From positions 288,001-352,000 of the forward strand of contig CAVWHX010000007.1 in the NCBI GenBank assembly GCA_963754925.1: a stretch of DNA of 64,000 bases, written 5' to 3'. Below the pieces are notes generated by a model that was not told the DNA's origin, ran no database searches, and saw only the letters and a list, made by a program, of their open reading frames with translations. The DNA comes from an uncultured delta proteobacterium. Its GTDB lineage: Bacteria; Myxococcota; B64-G9. The first letter of the stretch is position 1. Every line of letters starts with the position of its first letter. Of this stretch, positions 1 through 11,321 are shown piece after piece. The position numbers and the translations under genes were made by a program.

Positions 1-437
1 GCTATTTCCAACCGGCGGATCATACCGCCCGAGTACGTGCGGACGGTCTTGTCTGCGGCATTGGTAAGCTCCATGAGTTGCAGCGCTTCACGGATGCGAT
101 TATTTCGTTCGGGCCTCGGAATATCGTACAGCTTGGCAAACACGAGAAGATTTTCGTGGCCGGTGAGATTGCCATCAGCGGAAATCATCTGAGGGACATA
201 ACCTATGATACGACGCACCTCACCGGAGTGATGAAGGATATCATAACTTGCGATTTCAGCATTGCCCGAGGTCGGCGGAAGCAGAGTCGTCATCATTTTG
301 ATGAGTGTTGTTTTTCCGGCTCCGTTCGGCCCGAGCAACCCGAATACTTCCCCTTCGTCAACTGAGAGGGTCAGATCATCAACAGCGGCAAGCGTACCGA
401 ATCGTCGCGTCAGTCTGTCAATATGCAGGATTTTCAT
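1..437 (-). CDS. ABC transporter ATP-binding protein (DrrA/NodI-like), runs off the left end of the window
   Basis: Manual translation from ATG at 437: MKILHIDRLTRRFGTLAAVDDLTLSVDEGEVFGLLGPNGAGKTTLIKMMTTLLPPTSG...YSGGMIRRLEI (Walker A and ABC signature). ATGA overlap with the MarR stop. Confidence 0.92.
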   Translation of the reverse strand, partial: MKILHIDRLTRRFGTLAAVDDLTLSVDEGEVFGLLGPNGAGKTTLIKMMTTLLPPTSGNAEIASYDILHHSGEVRRIIGYVPQMISADGNLTGHENLLVFAKLYDIPRPERNNRIREALQLMELTNAADKTVRTYSGGMIRRLEI

Positions 438-889
438 GACTGCCCCCTTGAGTCCGTATATGCGAAAAGCTGGTAGAGAATTTGCATAGCATATACAATG
501 GTTGAACAGTCATGCTTATGAAGCACGGAGAGCCTCTCGGCGAGCGATTCCTGCGTAGATTCTCGGGCCGACTGGAGCAATGCACCACCCTTGCTGGTAA
601 GGTCAAGGGTGATGCGGCGCCGGTCGCTTGGATGGCTGCGGCGTTTTATGAGTTTGCGTTCCACAAGACCGTCAATCAATTTGCACATAGAAGGCAAAGC
701 CAAACCCACATGTTCCGCCACATCCGACAGCGATGTTCCGGGGTGGCGGTGCACAAAACCGAGAGTCCGGAACTGAGGCACCGAAAGATTAAGCGAGCGG
801 GAGTTGCGCATCTGGGTACGGACTGTTCGCATCACCAACGGTACTACTTCCAAAATTTCATGGGCTGTTTCGTTAGGTGAAGAGGGCAT
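434..889 (-). CDS. MarR family transcriptional regulator
   Basis: 151 aa; LSVPQFRTL...SLSDVAEHVGLALPSMCKLIDGLVERKLIKR..HPSDRRRITLDLT is a typical MarR winged helix with DRR motif. Confidence 0.93.
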   Translation of the reverse strand: MPSSPNETAHEILEVVPLVMRTVRTQMRNSRSLNLSVPQFRTLGFVHRHPGTSLSDVAEHVGLALPSMCKLIDGLVERKLIKRRSHPSDRRRITLDLTSKGGALLQSARESTQESLAERLSVLHKHDCSTIVYAMQILYQLFAYTDSRGQS

Positions 890-908
890 ATATTTCCTTT
901 TCTAATTA

Positions 909-921
909 TTAGATAATCTAA
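909..921. promoter_or_regulatory. Palindrome TTAGAT-A-ATCTAA, probable MarR autoregulatory operator
   Basis: 6-bp inverted repeat 20 bp upstream of the marR start in an AT-rich promoter. A second perfect inverted repeat, CCACCTGT-N5-ACAGGTGG, lies at 959-979. Confidence 0.5.
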
Positions 922-1357
922 GTATAATAAGTTGTCGTTGTCAAGGCAGTATCGTTATCCACCTGTCGCATACAGGTGGTTTTAGGTGCTGTTTCCGTTA
1001 TCCTACAGTTTGAGGCTAGATTACCTCTCAATTCACTGGCAAGCGACGACTTGGGTCGCGATCATGACCCGAAGGTTGCTGGCTGCGAAGCGTACCGGTA
1101 GCATTCGCAGGCCCTCACTCGTTTTGTTCGCAGGGTCGGGAGTGTGGAAATGTTTACCCGGTGACGACCAGGCTGAGTCAATACGAAGACAGTTCTATCA
1201 TTATCGTTGACTTGAAACGAACCACAGAAGTACATTCCGGTGCGATCGGTGTAAAGATCTAGAAGCATTAGATGAAGAAAACACGGTTTGAAATTCCTAT
1301 CCCTTGATCGCCGCATCAGGTCGAGATCAAAGACCGATCTCGTGCACCGGAGAGACG

Positions 1358-2596
1358 ATGAACATCCATTCCAATCTTGCAAGTCGCACCTCGTTGCGGA
1401 TCGACCTCCCGCAGGTCGGTCTGGCCGCGCTCGGCATCACCGTACTGGTGCTCCTTCCCGTTTGCGCACAACCCCCGCCCGCCCCGCCTTCCGGCGGCCC
1501 GGTCGAGGTGGGCGTGGTAACACTCACACCCACGGCGGTGGCGCTCAGCCGCGAGCTGCCCGGTCGTGTTTCTGCGTACCGAGTGGCCGAGGTGCGCGCC
1601 CGCGTGAACGGGATCGTGCTGAAGCGCCTATTCATCGAGGGCGCCAGCGTAAAGGCCGGCCAGCCGCTCTACCAAATCGACGACGCCCCCTACCGCGCCG
1701 CTCTGGCCAGCGCTCGGGCGCAGCTCGCACACGCCGAAGCCAGCGTCGCCTCGGCACGCCTGCAGGCGAGCCGCTACGCCGAGCTGGTGGAGTCTAACGC
1801 GGTGAGCAAGCAGGAATACGACAACGCGGTGGCGGCGCAGAAGGCCGCTGAGGCCGACGTCGCGTCGGGCCAAGCGGCCGTGGAAACCGCCTCCATCAAC
1901 CTCGGCTACACCGCCGTCGCGGCACCTGTCTCGGGCCGTATCGGCCGCTCGGAGGTCACCGAGGGCGCCTACGTGCAGTCGGCGCAAGCCACGTTGCTCG
2001 CCACCGTGCAGCAGCTCGACCCGTCTTTCGTCGACGTCACACAGTCCTCTACGGAGCTGCTCCGCCTCCGTCGAGAGTTCGCCGCCGGCAAGCTGCAACG
2101 GGCGGGCAGCGAGGGGGCCGAGGTGAAGCTCATCCTAGAGGACGGCGGCGCTTACGCCCAGCCCGGCACGCTCCAGTTCTCGGACGTCACGGTTGACCAC
2201 AGCACCGGCTCGGTGACGCTGCGCGCGCTCTTCCCCAACCCCCAGGGCGAGCTGCTGCCCGGCATGTTCGTTCGCGCCCTCCTCGACGAGGCGATAGACC
2301 CGCAGGCGCTGCTGGTGCCCCAGCGTGCCGTCACGCGCGACCAGAAGGGCCAGCCCAGCGCCTTGGCGGTGAGCGCCGATGGTAAGGCGGAGCTTCGGCT
2401 CCTTACCGTAGACCGGGCAGTCGGCAGCGACTGGCTCGTCAGCACCGGTCTGCGCGCCGGCGATCAGGTAATCGTCGACGGGCTGCAGCACATCCGCCCC
2501 GGCGCGCTGGTGAAGTCGGTCCCGGCCGCGCCCGCCCCGTCCGAGTCCCGGCCCGGCGCTGCTACGCCGTCCCACACCTCGCAGCCCCAGAGGTAA
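1358..2596 (+). CDS. acrA: RND efflux periplasmic adaptor (AcrA/MexA family)
   Basis: [71 protein letters not shown]. Start chosen at ATG 1358 after GGAGAG. Confidence 0.93.
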   Translation: MNIHSNLASRTSLRIDLPQVGLAALGITVLVLLPVCAQPPPAPPSGGPVEVGVVTLTPTAVALSRELPGRVSAYRVAEVRARVNGIVLKRLFIEGASVKAGQPLYQIDDAPYRAALASARAQLAHAEASVASARLQASRYAELVESNAVSKQEYDNAVAAQKAAEADVASGQAAVETASINLGYTAVAAPVSGRIGRSEVTEGAYVQSAQATLLATVQQLDPSFVDVTQSSTELLRLRREFAAGKLQRAGSEGAEVKLILEDGGAYAQPGTLQFSDVTVDHSTGSVTLRALFPNPQGELLPGMFVRALLDEAIDPQALLVPQRAVTRDQKGQPSALAVSADGKAELRLLTVDRAVGSDWLVSTGLRAGDQVIVDGLQHIRPGALVKSVPAAPAPSESRPGAATPSHTSQPQR

Positions 2597-2598
2597 CC

Positions 2599-5500
2599 AT
2601 GGCCCGCTTCTTCATCGACCGCCCCATTTTTGCCTGGGTCATCGCCATCCTCATCATGCTGGCCGGTGGCATTGCCATCACCGGGCTGCCCATCTCGCAG
2701 TATCCGGCTATCGCGCCGCCCAACATCAGCATCGCCGCCGTCTATCCCGGCGCCTCGGCCAAGACGGTGGAGGACAGCGTCACGCAGGTCATCGAACAGA
2801 AGATGAACGGGCTCGATAACCTCCGCTACATCGCCTCGAACAGCGACTCGGCCGGCAACGCCACCGTCACACTCACCTTCGGCGCCGGGACGAACCCCGA
2901 CATCGCCCAGGTGCAAGTGCAGAATAAGCTGCAGCTGGCCATGCCGCTCCTTCCGCAGGAGGTGCAGCGCCAGGGCGTCCGCGTGCAGAAGGCGGTGAAC
3001 AACTACCTGCTCATCGTCGCCTTCGTATCGGCCGACAACAGTATGAGTCGCGCCGACATCGCCGACTACCTGGCCACCAACGTGGTCGACCCCATTGGTC
3101 GCGTCACCGGCGTCGGCGACATCCAGTTCTTCGGCGCGCAGTACGCCATGCGTATTTGGCTCGATGCCCAGAAGCTGGTGAGCTTCCAGATGACGCCGCA
3201 AGATGTCAGCGCGGCGGTGCAGGCGCAGAATGCGCTGGTGTCGGCAGGGCAACTGGGCGCGGCGCCCTCGGTGGCCGGGCAGCAGCTCAACGCCACCATC
3301 ACCGCCCAGACCCGCCTCCAGACCGTTGCCGAGTTCGAGGACATCCTGCTGCGTGTGAATCCTGACGGCTCGCAGGTGCGCCTGCGCGACGTGGCGCGGG
3401 CTGAGCTGGCCGGCGAAGTGCTTGACATCGACAGCACTTACAACAACGAGGGCGCGGGCGCGATGGGTGTCAAGCTCGCCCCGGGCGCCAACGCACTCGA
3501 CACCGTGAAGGCGGTGAAGGCGCGCCTCGAGGAACTCGCACGCTATTTCCCGCACGGCCTGGAGATCCGCTACCCCATCGACACCTCCACCTTCGTGCGC
3601 CTCTCCATTGAGGAGGTAGTGAAGACGCTGCTGGAGGCCATCGGCCTGGTGTTCGTGGTGATGTTCCTTTTCCTGCAGAACTTCCGCGCCACCCTCATTC
3701 CCACTATCGCCGTGCCGGTGGTGCTGCTCGGCACCTTCGGTGTCCTCGCCGCGTTCGGCTTCGGCATCAACACGCTAACCATGTTCGGCCTCGTGCTGGC
3801 CATCGGCCTGCTCGTCGATGACGCCATCGTGGTGGTAGAGAACGTCGAGCGGGTGATGAGCGAGGAGGGTCTCTCGCCGCGCGACGCCACCCGCAAGTCG
3901 ATGGGCCAAATCACCGGTGCGCTCGTGGGCATCGCCATGGTGCTTTCGGCCGTTTTCGTACCCATGGCCTTCTTCGGCGGGTCGGTGGGCGTCATCTACC
4001 GCCAGTTTTCCATCACGCTGGTCTCGGCGATGGTGCTCTCGGTGATCATAGCGCTCATCCTCAGCCCGGCGCTCTGCGCTACGTTCCTCAAGCCGGTGCC
4101 CGAACACCATGGGGCGAAGCGCGCCTTCGGCTGGTTCAATCGCCTGTACGACTTTGGCAGCACCCGCTACCAGTCGATGGTGAAGTCGCTCATACACCGG
4201 TGGGTGCGAGCGGTACTCATCTATGCGCTGGTGGTGGGCGGACTGTCGCTGCTCCTCTTCCGCATGCCCACCGGCTTTTTGCCCGACGAGGACCAGGGCC
4301 AGATGTCCGTGCAGATCCAGCTCCCGCCCGGCGCCACGCTCGAGCGCACCCGCAAGATGGTGGAGCTGGTGACGAACCACCTCCTCACCGCCGAGAAGGA
4401 CGCGGTGCAGTCGGTCCTCGGCATCATCGGCTTCAACTACGCCGGCCGCGGCCAGAGCGCCGGCATCGCTTTCGTGCAACTCAAACCGTGGGACGAGCGC
4501 ACAGACGCGCGGCTCAAGGCGGGGGCGGTGGCGGCGCGCGTCACTGGCGCCTTGCAGCGAGTGAAGGAGGCGACCATTTTTGCCTTTGGGCCGCCGGCCG
4601 TGCGTGAACTCGGCAACGCGAGCGGATTCGATATGCAGCTTCAGGATCGCGCTGGGCTCGGCCACGAGCGGCTGCTCGCTGCGCGTAACCAGCTCCTCGG
4701 CGCGCTGCGGCAGGAGCCGGCCGTCACCAAGGTGCGGCCCAACGGACAGGACGACACTTCCCAGTTCAAGATTGATGTGGATTGGCAGAAGGCGGCCGCC
4801 CTCGGCCTCTCATTCGCCGACGTGAACGCCACCCTCTCCTCGACATGGGCTCAATCCTATGTCAACGACTTCGTGGACAAGGGCCGGGTGAAGAAAGTCT
4901 ACCTGCAGGCCGACGCGCCCTTCCGCATGCTGCCGCAGGACGTCGACCGCTGGTACGTGCGAAGCGCGAAAGGCGAGATGACGCCCTTCTCCGCCTTCGC
5001 CAACCGGTCGCTGGACCTACGGCTCGCCCCGCCTCGAGCGGTTCAACGGTATGCCCTCGATGGAGATAGTCGGCGAGCCGGCGCCCGGCCGGAGCACCGG
5101 CGACGCCATGAAGGCGATGGAAGCGGCGGCGGCCAAGCTGCCGCCCGGCATCGGACTGGAGTGGTCGGGCCTCTCCTTCGAGGAACGGCTGGCCGGCGCC
5201 AACACCGGCGCTCTCTACGCCATTTCGCTGTTGGTCGTCTTCCTTTGTCTGGCCGCGCTCTACGAGAGCTGGTCCATCCCCGTCGCCGTGCTGCTGGTGG
5301 TGCCGCTCGGCGTTATCGGCGCGCTGGTGGCCTCCACGCTGCGCGGCCTCCCCAACGACGTCTACTTCCAGGTCGCCCTGCTCACCACCATCGGCCTCTC
5401 GGCCAAGAACGCCATCCTCATCGTCGAGTTCGCCAAGGCCGAACACGAGGCCGGCAAAAACCTGGTTGAGGCGACACTTTCGGCGGCGCGCATGCGGCTT

Positions 5501-5761
5501 CGGCCCATCCTCATGACGTCGATGGCCTTCATCCTGGGCGTGCTGCCGCTCGCGCTCGCCAACGGCGCCGGCTCGGCCAGCCAAAACGCCATCGGCTGGG
5601 CGGTAGCGGGCGGCATGACCTCGGCCACTGTCCTCGCCATCCTTATCATCCCGGTCTTCTTCGTGCTGGTCCGCCGGGTCTCCCAGGTCAAACCGCTGCT
5701 CCCCGCTCCGCCACACAACGCCGCCGCGGCCGGCACCGACGAGGAAGCCGACCATGAGTGA
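2599..5761 (+). CDS. acrB: RND efflux permease (AcrB/MexB family), one apparent +1 frameshift at ~5002
   Basis: [33 protein letters not shown]. Removing one A from GCCAACCGGT (5002-5003) restores [18 protein letters not shown] and joins ORF 5051..5761 ([21 protein letters not shown]). Confidence 0.93.
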
Positions 5762-7272
5762 GACGATCGCCGTATGCGTGGCACGGAGAGGGTCTGCTGG
5801 CCATACAGCGCACCTAAGACAGGGGAAGGTTCGCGCGCACCGGGTGTGGGGGCCTTTGACCGCCGTCGGCGCCCTCCTCCTCGCCGGTTGCACGCTCGCC
5901 CCGAAGTATGAACGGCCGCCGGCCCCGGTGGCTGACCGTTACCCCACCGCGACCGGGGCGCCTGTCCCCGCCGCCAGCGCAGCTACGAACGTCCTGGCCG
6001 CCGATCTCGGCTGGCGCAATGTCCTGGGCGATGCGCGGCTGCAGGCGCTCGTGGAGCTCGCCCTCGTCAACAACCGCGACCTACGGGTGGCCGCACTGAA
6101 CGTCGACCTAGCGAGCGCCCGCTATGGCATCCAGCGCGCGGCACTCTTCCCCGAGCTGAACGCGACGGCCAGCTTTAGCCGCGCCGGCACCCCGCTCGAC
6201 CTGAGCCCCACGGGCAAGCCCATTACTGAAAACATGTGGACTCTGGGCGCAGGGCTCTCCTGGGAGCTCGATTTCTTCGGCCGCATACGCAGCCTGAAGG
6301 AGCAGGCGCTTCAGAGCTACCTGGCAACCGAGGAGGCGCGCCGAAGCGCGCAGTTAACGCTTGTGGCCGGGGTGGCCAAAAACTATCTCACCCTGCTTGC
6401 CGTTGACGAGCAGCTCACCCTCGTTCGCCAGACCGCCGAGCTTGTGCAGGCTAGCTACGATCTCGATCCAACAGCGCTACGAGGTGGGACAGGCATCGGA
6501 ACTGGACCTTCGCACCGCCGAGGCACAGGTGCAAACCGCCCGCGCCGATCTCGCTTCCTTCACGCGTCAGCGCGCGCTGGCGGAGAACGCGCTTGTGTTG
6601 CTGGTCGGCGAGCCCATCCCGGCGGATCTTCCGGCGGCGCCGCTGCTCGGCGCGACCGAAGTGCTCGCCGATCTGCCGGCCGGCCTGCCCTCGGAGCTGC
6701 TCCAGCGCCGGCCCGACATCTTGGCGGCCGAACACGCTCTCCTGGCGGCCAACGCCAGCATCGGCGCGGCCCGGGCAGCGTTCTTCCCCTCTATCAGCCT
6801 CACCGCTTCCGGCGGCTTCTCCAGCTTCGAATTGGGCCAGCTGTTCGCTAAACCTTCGGGCATGTGGAGCGTTGTACCGCAAGTAACCATCCCCATTTTC
6901 CAGGGAGGACAGAATATTGCCAACCTGGAGGCGGCCAATGCGCAGCGCGCGATCGGCATCGCCCAGTACGAAAAGGCCATCCAGGTAGCCTTCCGCGAGG
7001 TAGCTGATACCCTCGCCTCGCGCGAGCAACTCGATGCCGAGATCGCAGCCGAGACGGCGCGCGTCGCAGCGGAGGAAAGGCGCTATCAACTTTCCGAGTT
7101 GCGTTACCGCAAGGGCGTTGACAGTTACCTTGTGGTCATCTCCGCCCAACAAGACCTATACGCCTCGCAGCGCCTCCTCATCCAGGCTCGCCTGGCCCGC
7201 TACGTCAACCTTCTCAAACTCTATCGGGCTCTGGGCGGTGGCTGGCTGGAGCGCACCGCCAAGTCACCCTGA
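5754..7272 (+). CDS. oprM: Efflux outer-membrane lipoprotein (OprM/NodT family), one apparent +1 frameshift at ~6463
   Basis: Lipobox [55 protein letters not shown]. ORFs 5754..6851 and 6361..7272 join at ASYDL/IQQRY. Confidence 0.9.
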
Positions 7273-7338
7273 TAGTAAACCGCTGGCGAATCACGACCTA
7301 TCGCGAGCATCCCTCGTTCCCTTGGAGAAGTTGCTCCA

Positions 7339-7382
7339 CTTTTCCAACATCCGGGATTGCGAGTTAAGCAATTTACGCTAAC
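7339..7382 (+). repeat. Partial copy (core) of dispersed intergenic repeat family
   Basis: CTTTTCCAACATCCGGGATTGCGAGTTAAGCAATTTACGCTAAC aligns by eye with 10651-10695 and 19045-19089. Confidence 0.65.
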
Positions 7383-7480
7383 AGTCTTTCTTTTTGACTT
7401 AATCATAAAAAATATGTTGACTTCGTAGTATGTCACTAGTATTGTAAGTAATAATAAGGCCTAGCAGAACGAATATATAA

Positions 7481-7502
7481 ATAATATTAGTTAGTTATGG
7501 GG
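7481..7502 (+). promoter_or_regulatory. Conserved upstream motif ATAATATTAGTTAGTTATGGGG shared with the gene starting at 34650
   Basis: 21/22 match to the reverse complement of 34761-34782. Both lie ~111-112 bp upstream of discoidin-domain lipoprotein genes. Confidence 0.65.
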
Positions 7503-7613
7503 GTCGGTAATAGTGAATAACTGTCTGGAACAGCCTGATTAAAATATATCTAATCTCGAAAGGAGGCAAATTTCAAAGCAAATCGATAACTAAATCTCTA
7601 AAGGAGGCAGACT

Positions 7614-8969
7614 ATGTTACCGAAACTACTGCGATCTTTAGCTTGTCTTTCATTAATTGGATTTGCGGCTTGTTCGGGTAACGATTTCATCGATGAAGCT
7701 AACGATTCTCTCTCCCCCAACTGCTTACTTACTAATATTACCTCGGTTTATGCCAGCACTAACGACGGCAACGTTCCTTCGAATGTCCTGGATGGAAATC
7801 TGTCGACTCGTTGGTCTGGATACGGAATCGGCGCTTATATAACGGCCGATCTCGGTTCACCGGTGTCTGTCTGCGGCTCGGGAATCGCTTGGTATACCGG
7901 AAATAAGCGAACCAACAATTTCGTGATTTCCACATCTCTTGACGGAAGCACTTTCAACTCGGTCTACACCGGCAAAAGCAGCGGCAAGACAACGGCGATC
8001 GAGAATTATTCAGTTGCCACAGAAACGGCCCGCTACGTCCGAGTTACGGTCAATGGAAACTCGCAAAACCTCTGGGCCAGCATCACCGAGCTTCGCGTTT
8101 ATGGTTCATCTGGAGCATCTAGCGGAACCAATCCCACCAGTAACGGATCCTACGACGCCGCCGTGCTCGCGGATCAACCGGTCGCCTTTTGGGACGTGAA
8201 CCACACCAACGGAACTGAACCGGATCTGACCGGGAACGGCAACAGCGGCGCCTACCAAGGCGGTACGCCGGCAACCACCACGATGCCGAACGGCGACCCG
8301 GTCGCGGATTTCAACGGATCGTGCGAGTACCTGACCATCCCGTCTAACGCATCCCTCTCGATTCCTACTACCGGAAACCTAACCTGGGAAGGATGGATCA
8401 GACCGGATGTTCTCCAGTACCCGCACAGCACCGGCGGCTATATCGATTGGATGGGCAAGTGCGCGAGCTATTCGCCAACCTGCGAGTGGGAAGCTCGTAT
8501 GTACAATACCAGCAACTCGCAGGACCGCTACAATCGATTGTCGGCCTATGCCTTCAACCCAAGCGCCGGCCTCGGATCCGCCGCAGACTGGCAGCCGACA
8601 GAAGGGCTGTTGCAGGCGGGCGAATGGTACTACGTCGTGGGCGAATACACCACGTTGAGTCAGCCATCGGATTGCCCGAGTACATCGGCCTATCCCGGCT
8701 CGATCAACATCTGGGTGAACGGGGTCAAGTGGAGCCAGTCCAACCACAACCCAACCGGCTGCATGAGCCAGTACAGCGTGGTACCGGTGGCCAAGAACAC
8801 CCCGGTGAACATCGGAACGATGGCGCATGACAGTTGGTTCCAGGGAGCCATCGGCAAGGTTGCGATCTACGACTACCTGCTCAGCCAGGCGCAGATTACC
8901 AACCACTTCCAAACGATGACGGGAGAAGCGCCGAACGGCAGTTGCGCAAATACCTGCACCCTTCAATAA
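7614..8969 (+). CDS. Lipoprotein with F5/8 type C (discoidin/CBM32) domain and C-terminal LamG/concanavalin-like domain
   Basis: Lipobox [26 protein letters not shown]...[25 protein letters not shown] (discoidin). YDAAVLADQPVAFW...TWEGWIRP...FQGAIGKVAIYDYLLSQAQI (LamG). RBS AAGGAGG. Confidence 0.8.
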   Translation: MLPKLLRSLACLSLIGFAACSGNDFIDEANDSLSPNCLLTNITSVYASTNDGNVPSNVLDGNLSTRWSGYGIGAYITADLGSPVSVCGSGIAWYTGNKRTNNFVISTSLDGSTFNSVYTGKSSGKTTAIENYSVATETARYVRVTVNGNSQNLWASITELRVYGSSGASSGTNPTSNGSYDAAVLADQPVAFWDVNHTNGTEPDLTGNGNSGAYQGGTPATTTMPNGDPVADFNGSCEYLTIPSNASLSIPTTGNLTWEGWIRPDVLQYPHSTGGYIDWMGKCASYSPTCEWEARMYNTSNSQDRYNRLSAYAFNPSAGLGSAADWQPTEGLLQAGEWYYVVGEYTTLSQPSDCPSTSAYPGSINIWVNGVKWSQSNHNPTGCMSQYSVVPVAKNTPVNIGTMAHDSWFQGAIGKVAIYDYLLSQAQITNHFQTMTGEAPNGSCANTCTLQ

Positions 8970-9044
8970 ACGGCGCCGTAACCATCCAAGCCGCAAACCT
9001 TCCAGCTCCGGGGTCCGACGCTCTTATTACCCCGCGAACGAGTA

Positions 9045-10487
9045 CTACGGTTTTACCCCAGCCCGTTGGCGTTCGAGAGCGGCGGCGGAACGATAAAATC
9101 CGAACGTGTTCAAGTTAGAGGCGGCATACGCTAAATAGTCAAGTGAGCTGGCCTTGATTAAATGCGCCACCTTTTCGTTAGGATTGGCCGCGATAACCAC
9201 ATCGCATAGCTCGCATACGAGTTGATGCTCGCCAACCTTTTGTAGCGCGATAGCGCGTGCCAGCAGTTTGTCCGCGCCTCCGGCAAGCGCTACTAACTCG
9301 CGAGCACGGTAGCTCGGCGGCAACGGAGACAGGTCGGTTCCGTGACCATCGTACCAACCCGTAAGACCTTGATATATGCCACGTACTGACCAACTGACCT
9401 TACCGTAATACTCTTGAAGATAGGACAGCTTGGCCAGTTCCGGCGGCAGTTTTACCTCCTGAGCCAATTCCTCGATGGATTGTCCCTGGTTGATGCCTTT
9501 TAGCGTCTCTTGGTAGACATAACGAATCGCTTTACCGTAGCTTGTAAGCGTTTCACGAATATTGTCTGCACCGATGACGGCTAGCGTGTGGCCGGGAATT
9601 AGATATCTCGGCTGTAATGCGATCATACGATCAATCGATTCATACCATTTAGCCACCGGCCGGGGCTCAAGCATGGGCGTAGACAGGTTGGGAAACGAGG
9701 CGTAATAGAGATCGCCGCAAAAAAGCGCATTTTCGTGGGGCAGCCATACCATCAAATGGTCGGGAGTTTCGCCCCAGGTGTGATACAGCTCGAAGGTTTT
9801 TCCACCGAGCGAAAAGGAGTATTTGTCGTCGAAGGTAATCGTCGGCATTACGATATCGCGGTTGGACCTGATCAGTTTTACCGGAGATTGGACGGAGAAC
9901 GGCAGCGGCAGCGCGTATTCCGGAGCGAGCTGTCCCGCCTGATTGAGGCGGCTACGAGTATGAAATGGCTCTAACCATCCCATGTCCTTTTTTATCAAGT
10001 CGACTGTATCGGCGGTGGCGATCACTCGCGTATCGTTTTCCAGAAACGATCGAGCTCCCTGCACATGGTCCAAATGGCCATGGGTATAGATGATGTACTT
10101 GATCGGTTTATCGGTTATCTTGCGAAACTCTGCTAAGATTTTTTTGGCCGCTTCTTCCGACTCGGTTGTATCGATGATCACCAAGCCTTCCGCGGTAATG
10201 ACCATCTGAACGTTTCCCAGGGCAAACCCGCGTGCGAGATAAATGTCGGCGGCAATCTTTTCCACCACGGGCTCTACGAGCTGCTTGAGCAGGGCTGCCT
10301 GTCTAACGGCTTCGAGCGACAACTTAGGCTTGGGCGGCGGATTGTAGGTCAAGGTCGACTCGCTCGGGGCCGCCGGCTCGCGCGTTATTGCCGCGGGCTT
10401 TTTTAGGTGGAAGTTTTGCGCTAAAACTGCTCCCAAGAGAACCACGATAAACACTAGCTCGACTATCGCAACTATTTTTGCCTTCAT
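9045..10487 (-). CDS. MBL-fold alkyl/aryl sulfatase-like hydrolase with dimerization domain
   Basis: YTHGHLDH metal motif, GETPDH, GD, PGH, YLQEYYGKVSWSVRGIY..GWYDG typical of SdsA1-like enzymes; N-terminal membrane anchor. Confidence 0.85.
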   Translation of the reverse strand: MKAKIVAIVELVFIVVLLGAVLAQNFHLKKPAAITREPAAPSESTLTYNPPPKPKLSLEAVRQAALLKQLVEPVVEKIAADIYLARGFALGNVQMVITAEGLVIIDTTESEEAAKKILAEFRKITDKPIKYIIYTHGHLDHVQGARSFLENDTRVIATADTVDLIKKDMGWLEPFHTRSRLNQAGQLAPEYALPLPFSVQSPVKLIRSNRDIVMPTITFDDKYSFSLGGKTFELYHTWGETPDHLMVWLPHENALFCGDLYYASFPNLSTPMLEPRPVAKWYESIDRMIALQPRYLIPGHTLAVIGADNIRETLTSYGKAIRYVYQETLKGINQGQSIEELAQEVKLPPELAKLSYLQEYYGKVSWSVRGIYQGLTGWYDGHGTDLSPLPPSYRARELVALAGGADKLLARAIALQKVGEHQLVCELCDVVIAANPNEKVAHLIKASSLDYLAYAASNLNTFGFYRSAAALERQRAGVKP

Positions 10488-10577
10488 TCCGCTTCTCCTA
10501 GCGCCACGAGCTCGTTCCGATTATTTCCATTATTTAGCGTTCCTATCCTACCATATGAGGCAGCCTATAAAACTCAT

Positions 10578-10746
10578 CATTGAAATCTTGCCATATAGCC
10601 CCGCCTGCACCGTTATGTCGCCATGAGACCTATCCATTCCTCAAGCTCATCTTTTCCAATATCCAGGATTGAGAATTCACCAATTTACACCTAACGTGGT
10701 TTGGCTTACTTGTTTTTTCTTCTTGGATTTGAGTTGGGGAGGGGAC
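10578..10746 (+). repeat. Long copy of dispersed intergenic repeat family
   Basis: CATTGAAATCTTGCC...TGTCGCCATG...TCCTCAAGCTCATCTTTTCCAATATCCAGGATT...TTCACCAATTTACACCTAAC..ACTTGTTTTTTC..GGATTTGAGTTGG.GAGGGGAC is colinear with 18975-19140. Confidence 0.75.
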
Positions 10747-10782
10747 AGAGTCTGAACCGCGGCGTTGACCATGGATCGTTTC

Positions 10783-11226
10783 TCAGGATGCCTTGAACCG
10801 CCGGCTGATTTCCTTCATGCGCTTACGGTTTACACCGAAGTCTGAATATCCAAGCCGGGAGGCCGAGCGGAACTGGATAGTTTTGTCGGTGTCACCAAGG
10901 TTAAACTCGACATCGTCGACAAAGCGGAAAACCGCTGAGGTAAACTCCACCTGCAGATAATCGTCGGTGGTCTCCACGATGTTGGTGCGCGGCATAGAGC
11001 GTATGATGGCTATGAGCTTAGCCATCGTTTCTTGGCGCGAGGTGGTGTAGCGTATGGGCGGAATAGCATGTTTTTTATCTTGGGCCTTGGTCGAGACACA
11101 GTTGGGGGAGTTAGGGCAGGGAGCCAGTTCCCCATTTTTAATTCCTAAATTATTCGGCCGTACGCCGCTACAACCGAATAAACTCAATGATAGTGCCATA
11201 AGTAAAGATTTGCGTTTGAAAATCAT
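10783..11226 (-). CDS. DUF1499 family lipoprotein
   Basis: LFGC lipobox, LAPCPNSPNCVST, FRFVDDVEF, RSASRLGYSDFGVNRKR. Confidence 0.9.
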   Translation of the reverse strand: MIFKRKSLLMALSLSLFGCSGVRPNNLGIKNGELAPCPNSPNCVSTKAQDKKHAIPPIRYTTSRQETMAKLIAIIRSMPRTNIVETTDDYLQVEFTSAVFRFVDDVEFNLGDTDKTIQFRSASRLGYSDFGVNRKRMKEISRRFKAS

Positions 11227-11321
11227 AGGATCTACCTCTGTAACCTTTCATAGTGTATAGGCATTCTCATAACATTATACGGTGATTCTTTGGTGCTTTT
11301 ACTAAGCAGCTTCTATCGTCG

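Noticed and set aside
986..1382. Short ORFs between marR and the RND operon
   Set aside because: No RBS or motifs; consistent with promoter DNA.
2464..5893. Long minus-strand ORFs (363, 296, 343 aa)
   Set aside because: Antisense shadows of the GC-rich acrB gene.
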